A DNA stretch of 63,112 bases, the filler included, from Lenisia limosa (lineage: Eukaryota; Protista; Breviatea): the NCBI GenBank assembly GCA_001655205.1. It is 17 parts of 17 records of this genome, joined end to end, with 100 filler letters (N's around TTAATTAATTAA, not from the genome) between each part and the next. Parts side by side here need not be neighbours in the genome. Positions count along the whole stretch, not along the records: positions 16,081 to 26,278 come from LPNZ01011720.1; positions 26,379 to 27,824 come from LPNZ01002599.1; positions 27,925 to 29,472 come from LPNZ01000263.1; positions 29,573 to 34,845 come from LPNZ01007800.1; 13 more parts are not named here. One strand, 5' to 3'. A model generated the notes under the pieces. It was not told the DNA's origin, did not search any database, and was given only the letters and a program-made list of their open reading frames with translations. The translations under genes and the position numbers were made by a program. Shown one piece after another: positions 20,966-34,385 of the stretch. Numbering within the stretch: the first letter of the stretch is position 1; each line of letters starts with the position of its first letter.

Positions 20966-23900
20966 CGCAGCGCCTCAGCTATGACCCACGAATGCCGGTG
21001 GAACAACGCTTGCTGGAGAGTCAGCAGGAGGAACGTCAAGAGTGAGCAGACGCATGAGGACAGTTTCTAAGTCAAGCCATGGAGTAGTTAGGGATACAGA
21101 AACGCACCCCCAACCACAGCCCAAGTAGACCACGCCTTGACCACGCGGCTGTCGCTGTCGCCGATGGTGGCTGCGATCCGCTCTATCTGGCTATTCAGGA
21201 TGGCAATGTCTCCGTGGCCTGGGGGGGGGGGGGNNNNNNNNNNNNNNNNNNNNNNNNNNNNNNNNNNNNNNNNNNNNNNNNNNNNNNNNNNNNNNNNNNN
21301 NNNNNNNNNNNNNNNNNNNNNNNNNNNNNNNNNNNNNNNNNNNNNNNNNNNNNNNNNNNNNNNNNNNNNNNNNNNNNNNNNNNNNNNNNNNNNNNNNNNN
21401 NNNNNNNATACTGCGAAAAGGTACTAATCACGATATAATCGAAATTCACATAGAAAAAAAACAAAAGAAGAAGCGAAAAAATGTCTTATTGACCGACCCA
21501 CTTGGGTCTTTACAATTCTCGAGCGTAACCATCATTTCCGCCTCCTGCTGAATAAGGGCTTCGGCTTCCGTCATTCTGAGCGGTCAGTTATGGAAAGGTC
21601 TAAATGAGCTATAGTTACAATTCAACTCGTGATTCATCATCTGCTTCCTCAGCCTTCCCACCTGTTGATAACGTAAGACACCCAAGGATGCTGGTGGCTT
21701 GTTTGAGGCAAATGCTGGATCATCCTAAAACGTGAGCAATGTATCACTGCTCATCAAACGCTCTCCGGCCTTACAATATCAAGCACCCCGATTCCTCTCC
21801 CCAGCATACGTGGTCACGACTGTTTTTGCGATATGGTCCTTGCAGAGGTCCAGTAGTTGCGACATGAGATTGCAGAGCCTGGATTCCATAGGACTCTCCT
21901 CGATAAATACAACCATTGCCGCAATTGCCTCTGCTGCATTAGACCCGTTGAACCCAAGTCGATGGCTTTATTTTGGTCCAGAAAAACAGAATTCACCAAT
22001 AATATTTCCCCATTTTTCCCCAGTTCATTTCGGACCCCCCCCCCCCCCCCNNNNNNNNNNNNNNNNNNNNNNNNNNNNNNNNNNNNNNNNNNNNNNNNNN
22101 NNNNNNNNNNNNNNNNNNNNNNNNNNNNNNNNNNNNNNNNNNNNNNNNNNNNNNNNNNNNNNNNNNNNNGCATGACTCCAGGAACTCAACATAGAGCGCT
22201 TGTTGCTGGGCGGTTAGCTTCAAACAAACAGAGCTTCCCCACAGCCCAAGCTCACTTCGCCATCATCTGAGGGTGGCACTGCCAGGAGATAGTCCGCACA
22301 GTGAGACGTGAGCTGATCAATGTTGGTGCGCTGGGGGGGGGGGGGGNNNNNNNNNNNNNNNNNNNNNNNNNNNNNNNNNNNNNNNNNNNNNNNNNNNNNN
22401 NNNNNNNNNNNNNNNNNNTTATTTTTTTTTACTTTCCAATATCATGTGATATACTAATACAATAATATTAGTTACATTTTCAAAGACAAAACAAAGAATT
22501 CATGGGATGATGGTGGGCCAAACCAACCAACCGCAAGGAACGCTAGGGAGTAGTAGCACCGTTGCTCATGTCGTATCATATCGTCTGGAATGGCACTGAA
22601 GAGTGAATGCTTCTAGGCATCCACAGAATATTGCTGCATATGCCAAGTTACCCACAGAATATTGCTGCATATGGGAACGACAAGTTCATTGGACTGATGG
22701 TTCTCTCCTAAGATGGCCAGCATAATTCTGAGTAACAGGTGCGGCTGAACATAGTTGTTGGGATTCTTTGGAATGTGCCTGGGGGAGGAGGGTCAAATTG
22801 AAATGTAAAAAAAATTTATAAAATGGAGGGGGAGGGGCTGTTTCAAACATTTACGGTACACACAAAGACATCCAACCCACAACCCACACTGTCATCAATT
22901 CGGTTAGCTTTTGCTCGCATCTGTGAAAGAGCTCAAACAGGGGAATGCTCGGGTCCAGCAGGCCGTTAATAGCGGCCTCGTTGATCTACAGACCCATGAT
23001 ATGAAGTGCTGTTGATCTACATACATACCCACCATGATATAAAATGATATGATATGAAGTGGTGTATTACCTCCTTTTGGTAGTAACGACCCCCCCCCCC
23101 AACTGTTGTCTCCGTGAATGCCTGGCTTCCAGTGGTCTGGGGAGGGGGGTAAAACAAAAACATGAAACAAAAACAAACACAAAATATCAATTCATAGGTA
23201 AACACAAGTTTGTGAAAAGGAAACCAAAACCAGGTAAGTCTCTCCATTCTGATAATATCATGCCTGATTCTTAACCCAAGAGTGGCGAACCCCCTTACAT
23301 TGACCATGTGACACACCGCGTCGACAACGTTCTGCTGTTCCGGCATCTGAAGATGGTGAGCTCACAAGTTGAAAAAAAAAAAGATGATAATAAAGTAAAT
23401 TCAAATGATACAATGCAGAAGGGAATCAATAATGTCTCGGCAAACCTGCTTCGTGTAGATGGTGTCCACAATGATTTTGACGAGTTCGGGGTCCAAGAGT
23501 AGGGTGGCCACACAAGGGTGCAGACACTGCAGAAGTTGCGGCAGTTTCTTCGACCAATCACTAACAGTTTTCGCTTCTTTCATCTGTGTAGGTTATTGAA
23601 CCTGTACGAGGCCTCAGACCAAATTAATGGGCAAATGTGGCCTGATTATCATAATTAGATCTTCAGCCTTTGAGCCTTTCGGACTGGCGAGATGTGCTCA
23701 CTATGATATTTCAAATTCTAGTAATGATATAAAATAGCAATACGAAAAAAAAAAGGCTGTTTCTGGCCGAAGCCGTCCAAATCATCACGTTTATAAGAGA
23801 TATTGAATTATAGTATAATATTAATTCACCCAATCATTTGCCTTACAACGCTTCCCGCGTGCCTCCCCAGCATGATGTAGACATAGAGTTAGTGGTATGG

Positions 23901-26110
23901 TATCTATCAGGCTTGCCGAAATATGTATGTTACCCACGTTGTGGAGGATGAAGATGGTAGCAATGCGGGCTGAATGACCCTCAGAATTGTTCATCATCTC
24001 TTCAGAGAACAGAAGGTCGAGGACACTATCATGGCTGCATAGTGGGTCAGAGAGGCTGAAAAGAAGAGGCGATATAATGATATGTGACCCCCCCCCCCCA
24101 ANNNNNNNNNNNNNNNNNNNNNNNNNNNNNNNNNNNNNNNNNNNNNNNNNNNNNNNNNNNNNNNNNNNNNNNNNNNNNNNNNNTCCACGAGGCCAGGATG
24201 CGAAGTTGGAAGGATAGTTCAAGAGGTGCGCCAAACATATCCTAGAGAATCACATGGTTGGAGCAAGCAGTGTGATTCCATGATCATAAAGTAGTGTGAA
24301 GCTGATCCCCATGATCGGATATGATAACGTTTAATAGATGGTATTTGATATCCTGCGTATATACTCTTTGACATCCCATATTTGCGCATAAACCAGGTAT
24401 CAGAAAGCGTGATTGGTGGGGACCCTCACCAGTTCAACAATGCTCAAAGCGTTGGCCAATTGGCAGTTTTCAAGCTTCGAAATCCGCTCCACAATGTTGT
24501 TTTTGCTACGACAAATGAAAACAAAACAGATGCTATGAGAAGAAAATGGCAGTATCCAGATGAAGCCATTCACCCCTCAACGTACTTATAAAAGGACAGC
24601 ATTGCAATGAGATAGGGACAGAATGTTTCCTGTGGCAAACACACGAGTTTGTTATCCGAAAGGTACGAAATAATCAAAGACAAGCACTTCACGAACTTGC
24701 CGTTATTCTTTTCTTTCACCTGTGAGTTAGCAAAAGTGTGACCGGAGCTTTATTTCAGCTTGAAAAACAACACCTCTCCTACTTTGAAAGCGCTGAATTG
24801 GTTTCCTTCTTCCAACCTGAGCAGTTATGAGAGGAACACAGAGATCAAGCGGGAACATTGTTAGCCTACGAGTAGTCGGAGACGGACGCAATGAGGCAAT
24901 GCACAAAGCCAAGGTGGAACAGGAGGGATGCGCTGTCTTTGCTCTCAGCAATAGCGATCAGCAGGTCACTGACGATATCAACATGGAACGGAGCATTGGC
25001 TACAAGCACTGGGGGGTTAGGTCGACTGAACAAAAAAAAAACAAGCAAGTGAACTGGCATTTTGGGGATCGGTACTGTCATGAGGGTGAGAAAAAGACAG
25101 CAGTCCGGGGTACAAAGCAGCTTACTCGAGAGGAATACTATGCAAGCGGTCTGATTCTTTTCGTTGGGATTCTACGAAGTAAAGCGGGTCATATTATATC
25201 TCTATTTAACTGCAGGCAATAATGGGTACTTCATTCTGATGTTGAATCCGAAATCCGATCTTTGATCACAGCCCCCCCCCCCCCNNNNNNNNNNNNNNNN
25301 NNNNNNNNNNNNNNNNNNNNNNNNNNNNNNNNNNNNNNNNNNNNNNNNNNNNNNNNNNNNNNNNNNNNNNNNNNNNNNNNNNNNNNNNNNNGCGTGGCAT
25401 CGTGGATTCTCTGCATGCCGTGCTACATGATCAGTCCACACCACATTTACAGGTTGTAGTGACAGATGGCCGGCCTACCTTGAGTGCGAATTGCTCCGAC
25501 TGGACCACCAGCTCGTAACAGAAGTCCTCAAGTCCTCCAAGCTGGGGCCTGGAAGGTCAGCTGATACCACACGAAGCTAAGCAAACATTATCATTTTGCT
25601 GAGCTTCGAGCTGTCCTCCTGGTAGAGAATCGTGGCCACCACCAATTGGACGGCCTCACGGGATTTGGCGCTTTGGGGGGCTTTAATGTACTCCTGGGGT
25701 GTCAGATTCGCTTCATTCTTTTACTCTGTACCCGGTATCAAAGGCTCAGACTATTAAATGCAGTCAGAAGCCCCCCTCCTACCTCCATGATTGCTGCGGT
25801 GGCGGTGAAAAGGGCTGTGGACGCGTTTTGAAGGAACGAGTGTTGCAACAAGCTTCGGTTGTTCTGGAGGGCAGCCTGGGGGAGGGGGGGGGGGAGTAAA
25901 ATTGGAAAATTTAAGAAACAAAAAAGCCCAGATCAACTGTTGCTGGCAACACGGGGTGGGGGGTAAGGAGGTGTCAAGTTTCATTTAATATGTTTTTGCA
26001 CAGCGAAATAGTACTCTTCACCACAATTGAATGTTCTCAGACAAAGGACGTACCCACCTGAATTGAAGGGTACTTCTCAGTTTCGACCTCTGACACGGGA
26101 TGTACGTTCG
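20966..26110 (-). CDS. Large multi-exon alpha-helical (ARM/HEAT-like?) hypothetical protein; may be more than one gene
   Basis: Many AG/GT-bounded exons, e.g. AALQNNRSLLQHSFLQNASTALFTATAAIME, LGGLEDFCYELVVQSEQFALK, MPEQQNVVDAVCHMVNVRGFATL, AEAIAAMVVFIEESPMESRLCNLMSQLLDLC, LLLTLQQALFHRHSWVIAEAL; family not recognised. Confidence 0.45.
23755..23875. repeat. Dispersed repeat family 3, longest copy
   Basis: Right part matches 9525-9605; left part (TCTGGCCGAAGCC...CATCACG...AGAGATATTG.ATTATAGTA) matches blocks at 26380-26455. Confidence 0.75.
25896..25960 (-). repeat. Dispersed intronic repeat family 4, abutting a 3' splice site
   Basis: GAGTAAAATTGGAAAATTTAAGAAACAAAAAAGCCCAGATCAACTGTTG is closely similar to 49024-49075; related copies at ~49895-49945 (opposite strand) and ~57412-57450. 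Confidence 0.8.
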
Positions 26111-26716
26111 CTAATTGGACCTGTGTGTGTGTGGGGGGGGGTGAATTAGAGGTAAGAAAGGTTCTTTAGCTTCCTACAGACGTTGTCACGATATCATACA
26201 GTAAATGATATCATATACTATATATAGTTAAAACCGCGAACATGATTAAAACCGCGAACAAAAAGGAGGCTTTTCTTTNNNNNNNNNNNNNNNNNNNNNN
26301 NNNNNNNNNNNNNNNNNNNNNNTTAATTAATTAANNNNNNNNNNNNNNNNNNNNNNNNNNNNNNNNNNNNNNNNNNNNTAAGAGATATTGGATTATAGTA
26401 TCTGGCCGAAGCCTTTCACACCATCACGAGATGTTGGATTATAGCACCATCACGCTTAGAGGAGACATTAGAATGTGGTAAAAATACTGATTACTGGTTT
26501 AGACAATATGCTGTCAGACGAATCCGCTCGAATCCTCGAAAAGCCAATATGTGCCAAATTTGGTTAGGGGGGGGGGGGGNNNNNNNNNNNNNNNNNNNNN
26601 NNNNNNNNNNNNNNNNNNNNNNNNNNNNNNNNNNNNNNNNNNNNNNNNNNNNNNNNNNNNNNNNNNNNNNNNNNNNNNNNNNNNNNNNNNNNNNNNNNNN
26701 NNNNNNNNNNNNNNNN

Positions 26717-26753
26717 GAATTTTAGTCTTTTTTCGAACCGAAGTGAAGCCCTT
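26717..26753. mobile_element. MITE family 1, right end (rest in N gap)
   Basis: TTTTTTCGAACCGAAGTGAAGCCCTT. Confidence 0.75.
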
Positions 26754-27626
26754 GGTATAACGGGTATTCCGGAGTGTAGGGGTTGCCCTCGCTTAATATT
26801 TTTTTAAGTAACCTTTGACTTGTACCCCTTTGTTTTGTTTTTTGTGTTGTTGTTTCGATTTCAATGTTTGATGTATGTGTGTTTGTTTTGTTTTGTTTTG
26901 TGCTTTGTGTTTGCCTAGCCAACCCCTTTTTTTTGTACCATTACTAGTTTTTTGCTCAGCATCAGTATGGTTAAGAATAGTCACAGTTTTGCACCATATT
27001 GTTCGTACCAATAGAGATTCTTTTCTGCCGTCTAGTCTGGTCCGCGCTCTGTCCATCCAGCTTTGATCCCCTCGGGGGTCGTATGCTTGGGACGGCTCTT
27101 AGCGTTATGATTGGGTTGTGACCGTTAATAAGTCGGATTTTTTTTAACATTTCCCTTACTTTTTAACGCCTAACAGGTACGNNNNNNNNNNNNNNNNNNN
27201 NNNNNNNNNNNNNNNNNNNNNNNNNNNNNNNNNNNNNNNNNNNNNNNNNNNNNNNNNNNNNNNNNNNNNNNNNNNNNNNNNNNNNNNNNNNNNNNNNNNN
27301 NNNNNNNNNNNNNNNNNNNNNNNNNNNNNNNNNNNNNNNNNNNNNNNNNNNNNNNNNNNNAATTTTCACCTTTCGTTCACACTCGCAGGGCAGGGAGCGG
27401 GAAAGGCTGCGATGAAAGGCCTGATCCAATTACGTCGAATTGAACTTGTTGGGTCGGAAAGTGGTGGTCATGTTTATATGCCTCTTGACTGAGTAAATTC
27501 GCGTATTTGTTGAGGCGGGATGGAAGAGTGGCAAATATTTGGTCTGTATTCTGATGATATTGTTGCCGTGTTCTCCCCAGGTTCTTTTAATATATTTTGA
27601 AGTCTTTTCTCAGGTTGGAAACGTTA

Positions 27627-27696
27627 TAGTGACCGGGATAGTCTAGACCGATTTTCCTTGGGAAACTATGGAGCAAATCGGTCAAGACTTATCCCT
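27627..27696. mobile_element. MITE family 2 copy, right end truncated
   Basis: TAGTGACCGGGATAGTCTAGACCGATTTTCCTTGGG...GCAAATCGGTCAAGACTTATCC. Confidence 0.8.
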
Positions 27697-27925
27697 ACAA
27701 CGACACAAACAGTCAGCTTTGGCCAGATATACCTTATTTTTTTTTATTTTTCATGGCTCTATTCATATAGTATATATATATCTATATCTAGATATATATA
27801 ATTATATAAGGGGCTAAGGGGTGANNNNNNNNNNNNNNNNNNNNNNNNNNNNNNNNNNNNNNNNNNNNTTAATTAATTAANNNNNNNNNNNNNNNNNNNN
27901 NNNNNNNNNNNNNNNNNNNNNNNNA

Positions 27926-28464
27926 GTTCTCCTCCAGCACTTCAGAGGTATAGAGGTTGCATTTCAGGCCACGGAAGGAGTCGAAAGTGTGCGTTGAGGT
28001 TTCAACACTATTGTCCTCGAGCTTTGCAAATGTGGAAATGAGGTACACAAAGGCGCCGAAGAAGAAGAAGGCAACCTGATTGGTCAAAAAAAAGATATTT
28101 CACTGTTTTAAACATGAAAATATAAACAAAAAAGACTCATCATCTCCCCTGAAAATGTAAGGAAATTGTGAACTTTGATAAACGAGCATGTTAAATAGTG
28201 AGCCAAATAGATGCTACTAAGGGGAAGGGGGCTAGAAGAGGTCAAAGAGGGATTTAGGGGTTGATAACGGATTATGAGTTGATCTGACATTAGCGGGCGA
28301 GCGGAGGAGAGAAGCTCGGAAGGGTGAGCGGTAAAAAGGGGAATTTTACGTTGTGCATATCACCTTACCAAAGTTCCTGTCCATGATCTTCTCTTCAATC
28401 TGAGGTCTTTTTGGGTCAACACAGCTATATGTCGGCCAAGAGTGCCGAAGTACGACGAGGGCAT
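27926..28464 (-). CDS. ABCA-family transporter-like, N-terminus (partial)
   Basis: MPSSYFGTLGRHIAVLTQKDLRLKRRSWTGTL followed by hydrophobic VAFFFFGAFVYLI; matches the ABCA N-terminal ql..Ll.Kn..lk.R....t + TM1 pattern. Confidence 0.55.
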
Positions 28465-28791
28465 CCTGTTGGCTGGACTGTCTCTGCGCTAAACAGCTAG
28501 ACTTGTTCCAATGGATAGATAACTCAACTAATACACTATTTTTACTGAGCAAGAGGCCGCAGAAGCAGCCAAAACCGAATAAAGGACCAGTCTTTCCAAA
28601 TTTGGGATTCCATTCCAACTACAGTTCCAGTATTTTGGTTTCTGGCTTTTTGGTATTTTGGCCTCTTCGTGACTCTAGCATACCCTGTTAATTTAGATAC
28701 TTTGAGCTAATACCTGCTTGTAACACTGGCATTAAAGAACCCTACAACTCAGCTTCCGCAGTATCGCTGAGGCGCTGCTAGACGGCCAAAG

Positions 28792-29385
28792 ATGGGCTAT
28801 TTGTCCAATCTAACGCTATACACACGATGCCTATTGGCTAAGGACTTCAACATTCTGAAGAGACAGTGGCTCTCGACCTTACTGCTTCTCTTCCTCCCCC
28901 TCTTCGCGCTCTACCTTGGCATTACGCAGATCCCGGAGACAATTACCGACTATGCCGACCTTAGTACAGAGATCGCGCCAGCTGCCTTCAATTGCTCAGC
29001 CCTTTCCAATGTCTTCAATGCGTCTTTTCCCGAAGGTTGGTACATCGAGGGGTTTTGCCTTCTTTATTAGATAACAACGTTTTATAGTCCTAGATTTCAT
29101 ACTTGGTTAGGATTGCAATTCAGGGTCTTATACAGTTTCTTTTCTAAATGATGGGGATCTTCGCTTTATTCCCTTAAATAAGTGTGTGAAAGTGAACAGT
29201 TATAAATACACAAAATTGCTCCAGAAAAAGGATAATTTATGTGGCTTAACAGCCTCCTACAATGACCACGATAAGCCCTGACATGGATATTGAGCTTTAT
29301 CTTTTGTCAATCATTTGCCTTAGTGAAGGACTGTCCGGAACTTCTCTTCGCACCCAATGACGCTCAAACACAGGCCATTATTAAG
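28792..29385 (+). CDS. ABCA-family transporter-like, N-terminus (partial)
   Basis: MGYLSNLTLYTRCLLAKDFNILKRQWLSTLLLLFLPLFALYLG...; later exon KDCPELLFAPNDAQTQAIIK resembles the ABCA ectodomain l.faP......im motif. Confidence 0.65.
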
Positions 29386-31299
29386 GTATGGTGGTGTCGC
29401 TGTTGGATGATGATGGTGATGATGATGGTGGTGTTAGTGGTGGTGGTGATGATGTTGGTTTTGTAAAATTTTNNNNNNNNNNNNNNNNNNNNNNNNNNNN
29501 NNNNNNNNNNNNNNNNTTAATTAATTAANNNNNNNNNNNNNNNNNNNNNNNNNNNNNNNNNNNNNNNNNNNNATTGGTTGTGCCTGGCTGACAGCTGAAT
29601 TGTCTTAGAAGGTGCATGCCGTATGGTACGAACAATCTTGGATTCATCGATCAAAATTATCCATCTTAGCCAAAGTGTGAGAATATCAAATATTATGATA
29701 CAGCCTTTTGATACAGCCTTTTACTCTTCAGAACTCTCATGAACTACTACACCNNNNNNNNNNNNNNNNNNNNNNNNNNNNNNNNNNNNNNNNNNNNNNN
29801 NNNNNNNNNNNNNNNNNNNNNNNNNNNNNNNNNNNNNNNNNNNNNNNNNNNNNNNNNNNNNNNNNNNNNNNNNNNNNNNNNNNNNNNNNNNNNNNNNNNN
29901 NNNNNNNNNNNNNNNNNNNNNNNNNNNNNNNNNNNNNNNNNNNNNNNNNNNNNNNNNNNNNNNNNNNNNNNNNNNNNNNNNNNNNNNNNNNNNNNNNNNN
30001 NNNNNNNNNNNNNNNNNNNNNNNNNNNNNNNNNNNNNNNNNNNNNNNNNNNNNNNNNNNNNCTGTGAAGTTAGTGGAAGCTTGTTCTGTGAAAGTGACAC
30101 ATCTACAAATCCTCAGCTAACGGTTTAGGGACAGTACGATTACGAGCATCTTGACTTTTCAACCACAGCCGGTGTGAGTTATCTGAAAACCGGCATGGGA
30201 AACTTCGGCACCGATTTCCCCGTAAGCAAGGGAGGTTTTGCTTGCAGATGATTTAACACAACCTCACTGCTTTAGGATAAGAAGTACTACAGTGGACACT
30301 ACCACAGCACTACCTTACTTCCTGCTGTGATTAATGAAGGATACACAAACACTGGTGACAAAGCCATGTCGCTCTTTCCATTTTATATGTAATGGGCTTC
30401 TAGTTTGTTCGAGTTTTTATTGATCCATTTTGGATATAATATCCCAAATCTTTTGCATTGAATGATATTGTTAAATAAACTCTGACCGCGCGTTACAACT
30501 CTTTCTTAACCACACAATTCGTCTTTACCATATAGGAATGGTGCCAGTAATCCCCATTATGTTGTGGGACAGAATGTGATTGAAAATAACTTCTACTACG
30601 CTTGTAATTCCTACCATGGCACAGCGGGAGAGCATTTCCATCATATGGTCTGTTTCCAAAGAGATTTGAATGGGGGGTTTTTTTTTTGGGGGGGGGGGGG
30701 NNNNNNNNNNNNNNNNNNNNNNNNNNNNNNNNNNNNNNNNNNNNNNNNNNNNNNNNNNNNNNNNNNNNNNTTTTATCCTACTCTATGTATGACATTTTTT
30801 TACTCCAATGAAATAATTTGATATCCCCCTCCCACTTACCTTTGACATTTCTAACAACAAAGGTATTCGTCCGCTAGCACAGAGCCCTATCTATGTGTTA
30901 GTTATGTATTATTTGTAATGAACTTGTGTCGAAAGTTATAAAAGGCTCAAATAAAGTTTCAAGCTTCTTCTTTGGTTACTCTCTAAATCCCCCTTCCCTC
31001 TTCACATCTCAACAAAGGGCACACCAGCTTCACTTTAGTCTGAAGTAGCAAGAACATTTCGACAGCTGTCACAATAGTAAACCCTTATCTCTCTCGAAAA
31101 CGAAATGCAATGAAATCAGCCATATATCTATTCTACCTGCGGGGTCTATTCCATTGCTTGAGTTGCAGTACTGTGGAGATTATACCTCTTGAAGCGCGCA
31201 AAGTGAGGAAGGACAGAGGCGCAAAGTGAGTTCTAAATTGTGACAAGTCGTATCCGTCGGAGCTATATGTTCCAAGTTTCAATAAAGACGTTACAAAAA

Positions 31300-33992
31300 A
31301 AGTCAATGTCAATGACAATGTCGTCTTTTCAACAATATTGTTTTTAGCGCAAGAATAAAAACACGATGATTATCAAGTATATAAAATAATAGTATGTTGT
31401 ACATACATTGTTTATTTTATGCTGAATGCCCCCCATTAGATAAGAAAAGGTCACCCTGACGTTCTTGTGTTATATTGAGACTTCCAACCTTGACTATTTC
31501 GATGATGATGGAATACTGGGGGTCTTTCAAGTCCACAACTCCACGTGAGCCGATCTAACTCGTAAGCGGACAGGAGAAGGCAAGATTCCTTGTTCCCCTC
31601 ATCAGCTTTACCCATTATCCACCCCCCCCCCCCNNNNNNNNNNNNNNNNNNNNNNNNNNNNNNNNNNNNNNNNNNNNNNNNNNNNNNNNNNNNNNNNNNT
31701 TGTGTCGAGAGCGGTAGACAATACCAAACTACAGGGTAAAGAATGTTAGAGATTTACCATGATCGAGTGTTATAATAAGGTTATGTTGCCAAAAAACCAA
31801 GCATACAGTAGGTACTGATTTGGCCTTCTTTGTTTCTTTGACATCCTCGTCAGATTCTGGGGAGTCTCTCTTGAGGTCACTTCTACTGCTATCAGAAGAA
31901 AACCTCCAACGAAAAAGATAAAAGTTCAATATCCATCCTGTCAAGAACGTCGGTTGAAGAGAAATAGTAATGGAACATTTGAAATTGAGTTGGGTAAATG
32001 GATACTGATACTCACGATTCTTTCGGTGCTGATGGCTCCACCTTCTCATCCCTATTCGCCTCGGGTTTCTCTGTCTTGTCTTCCACTGTTTCAGCAACTG
32101 GCTCAACTTCCTAATGCGGTAAGTCACAGTAGCTTCCTAATATAGAAATATATGATGTTTCCCCTTCAAACGACAGGGGCAGGGCCGAAAAGAGGCTCAA
32201 ACAGAGTTTCAAGCTTCTTCTTGACATTCTGAAAAATCAATAACACCAAATTACATTTACAGAAGCCCACATGAAATATATAATATGATTATCAATATAT
32301 CCTATTTCTCCACACATCAGCCTTGGCAGGACAGGTCATTGAGACGGGAAGAAGACGACGACAATGCCTGATTTGTAAGGTTGTTTAAAATGACTGCTAT
32401 GTCGAGATCGTTAGCGTGAAATCATTTGTGATGTTTCATTGTTCCTATTTTGATTGCTTCACAGTTAAATAAAAATGAGTTTTATGAGTTATTATTATGG
32501 TTGACAAGGTTGATTCATCATGAACCCTTACAGATGATCTGATACAGTAAAGGACAAACTTAAACAAAAAAAAAGCCACACATAGACACCCCCAACGGTG
32601 CGATGGGATGATCCGCAGTCTCCGCCCTCTTCATCAGAGAGACCACAAGTTTGACTNNNNNNNNNNNNNNNNNNNNNNNNNNNNNNNNNNNNNNNNNNNN
32701 NNNNNNNNNNNNNNNNNNNNNNNNNNNNNNNNNNNNNNNNNNNNNNNNNNNNNNNNNNNNNNNNNNNNNNNNNNNNNNNNNNNNNNNNNNNNNNNNNNNN
32801 NNNNNNNNNNNNNNNNNNNNNNNNNNNNNNNNNNNNNNNNNNNNNNNNNNNNNNNNNNNNNNNNNNNNNNNNNNCGGTTCGGGTCCCCTGGAATAGCGGC
32901 TAGGGGGTTGGAGTGAGGGGAAATGGAAATAAACGAAATATATTCTGTGATACACTTTCACAGAATATTATAGCTAAAATAATCAATTCTTTTGACAGAT
33001 TAATACTGACTCTGCTCCTGCCACCTTTTTCTTTCTCTCACTTGCAAGCTCCTTTTGCAGTTCGGCAGCTATCCACCCTAGAAACAATAAATGTAACACA
33101 TTACGTTGTAACCATTATTTTCTACATATGATCTACAATATCATATGACCTCAACAAAGATAGACCATCATTTGCCCTTTGCAATTTATTATTTAACCAT
33201 CATCATCACCATCCTCTCACCAGCACCATCATCGTCATCATCATCAACTGGCTTGGGTTTATTGTACTTTGCCTCCTTGGCCTGCTGGGCTTCTTCGAGC
33301 CTCTTCACTGCCTCAGGGTACATTTCACGGGCCTCCTATTTATCATAATAAGTTTTAACAATATTTAATCATATTAACTCGAAAAAAAGTTGAAATAGTC
33401 CTAAACCAAGACAGAATTGATGGAATATAACAGAAAAACATGTATATACTATATCTCATGATATATGATATTATATATCATATTTTAAATACTACGCATA
33501 TTATATCTTGTCTTGGGTACCACATCAAAACAACGCCACAAACCTCCTCGAGAAGCTTGCATGCCTGCTTAACGCCCTTAGGGAAAGAGAAAGACACCAG
33601 AATGCCTTGGTCTTTGATCACACGGTTGGTCTGTGGTGTAATGATGATTACATTGTTATTTTTATGAGGTAATTAAAAATTAGGTAATAATAATCAATAT
33701 GCAGTGAATAAGCCAGCCATCTTGTTCTTACGTTTACATTTGGGCAAAAAAAAACACAGTAAATACACAAGCATGCGCAGGAGGGGGGAGGGGTGAGAAG
33801 CTCCAAAAGTTGGCCATAGAACAATCATCTTTATTCACGTATTTTTGATAATAAAAATGTGTTAGCTGTCTTCATCCTTGCACTACCATTTATGAAATAC
33901 CCCAATTTCGCCTTCAATTATATCCATTCTACCTTGCTTTGAGGACCAAAGAACTTCTTCTTATCAATACGCTTCCCGGCTGATTTACCCAT
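31300..33992 (-). CDS. THUMPD1: THUMP domain-containing protein 1 (Tan1), tRNA acetylation adaptor
   Basis: MGKSAGKRIDKKK...; GILVSFSFPKGVKQACKLLEE (cf. G.litc..e.kc..ea..lL.e); acidic linker DDDDDDG; C-terminal THUMP motif VVDLKDPQYSIIIEIVK. The 3' end position is approximate. Confidence 0.7.
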
Positions 33993-34194
33993 GATTGATC
34001 AATTATGCACTTCTAAGAGTACTACACTCCTAAGAGACTCTTGTCGCAGTCTTTTCCTAGTGAAAAGAGGCCCCCGTACCGGGGAAACGTAGAATAAAAA
34101 TGAAGTTTTTGCAAGCTCCAGAAAAAGCTAAAACCCGCCTAAGAAGATTAAATTACACTAGAGAAGAAGATATTTAGAGAGAAAACCCGAAGAT

Positions 34195-34385
34195 ATGGCC
34201 TCAAAAGGCGCCTGGCAAGATGTCCAGCAAAAGGTGTCCCTGACGTCTTCTCACCTCTCTTATGATTTAGACGTACACCGCATGGGTAAACAGTCTTATT
34301 ACCGGCCGTAGCCTCAAGGTGTCGGACTTACTCACCGATCTCCATGATGGTTCGTTATACCCAAGCTCTTGAATCTTCTTCAGAT
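34195..34385 (+). CDS. Actin-binding calponin-homology (CH1) domain, filamin/alpha-actinin/ABP-120 type, 5' fragment
   Basis: With intron 34234-34270 removed: MASKGAWQDVQQKTYTAWVNSLITGRSLKVSDLLTDLHDG. Adding one T near 34350 restores FVIPKLLNLL, so a homopolymer error is likely. Confidence 0.75.

Noticed and set aside
29405-29460. GAT/GGT triplet run and scattered ATATG/TGATATC simple repeats in introns
   Set aside because: Ordinary low-complexity intronic sequence.
29573-31300. Continuation of the plus-strand ABCA-like gene
   Set aside because: Separated by an artificial linker, and the exons show no convincing ABCA motifs; left unassigned.
34340-34360. CH-domain gene as a pseudogene because of a frameshift (similar case at ~35325 in the sushi-like exon)
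   Set aside because: A single extra base in a short homopolymer restores the expected sequence; probable sequencing error.
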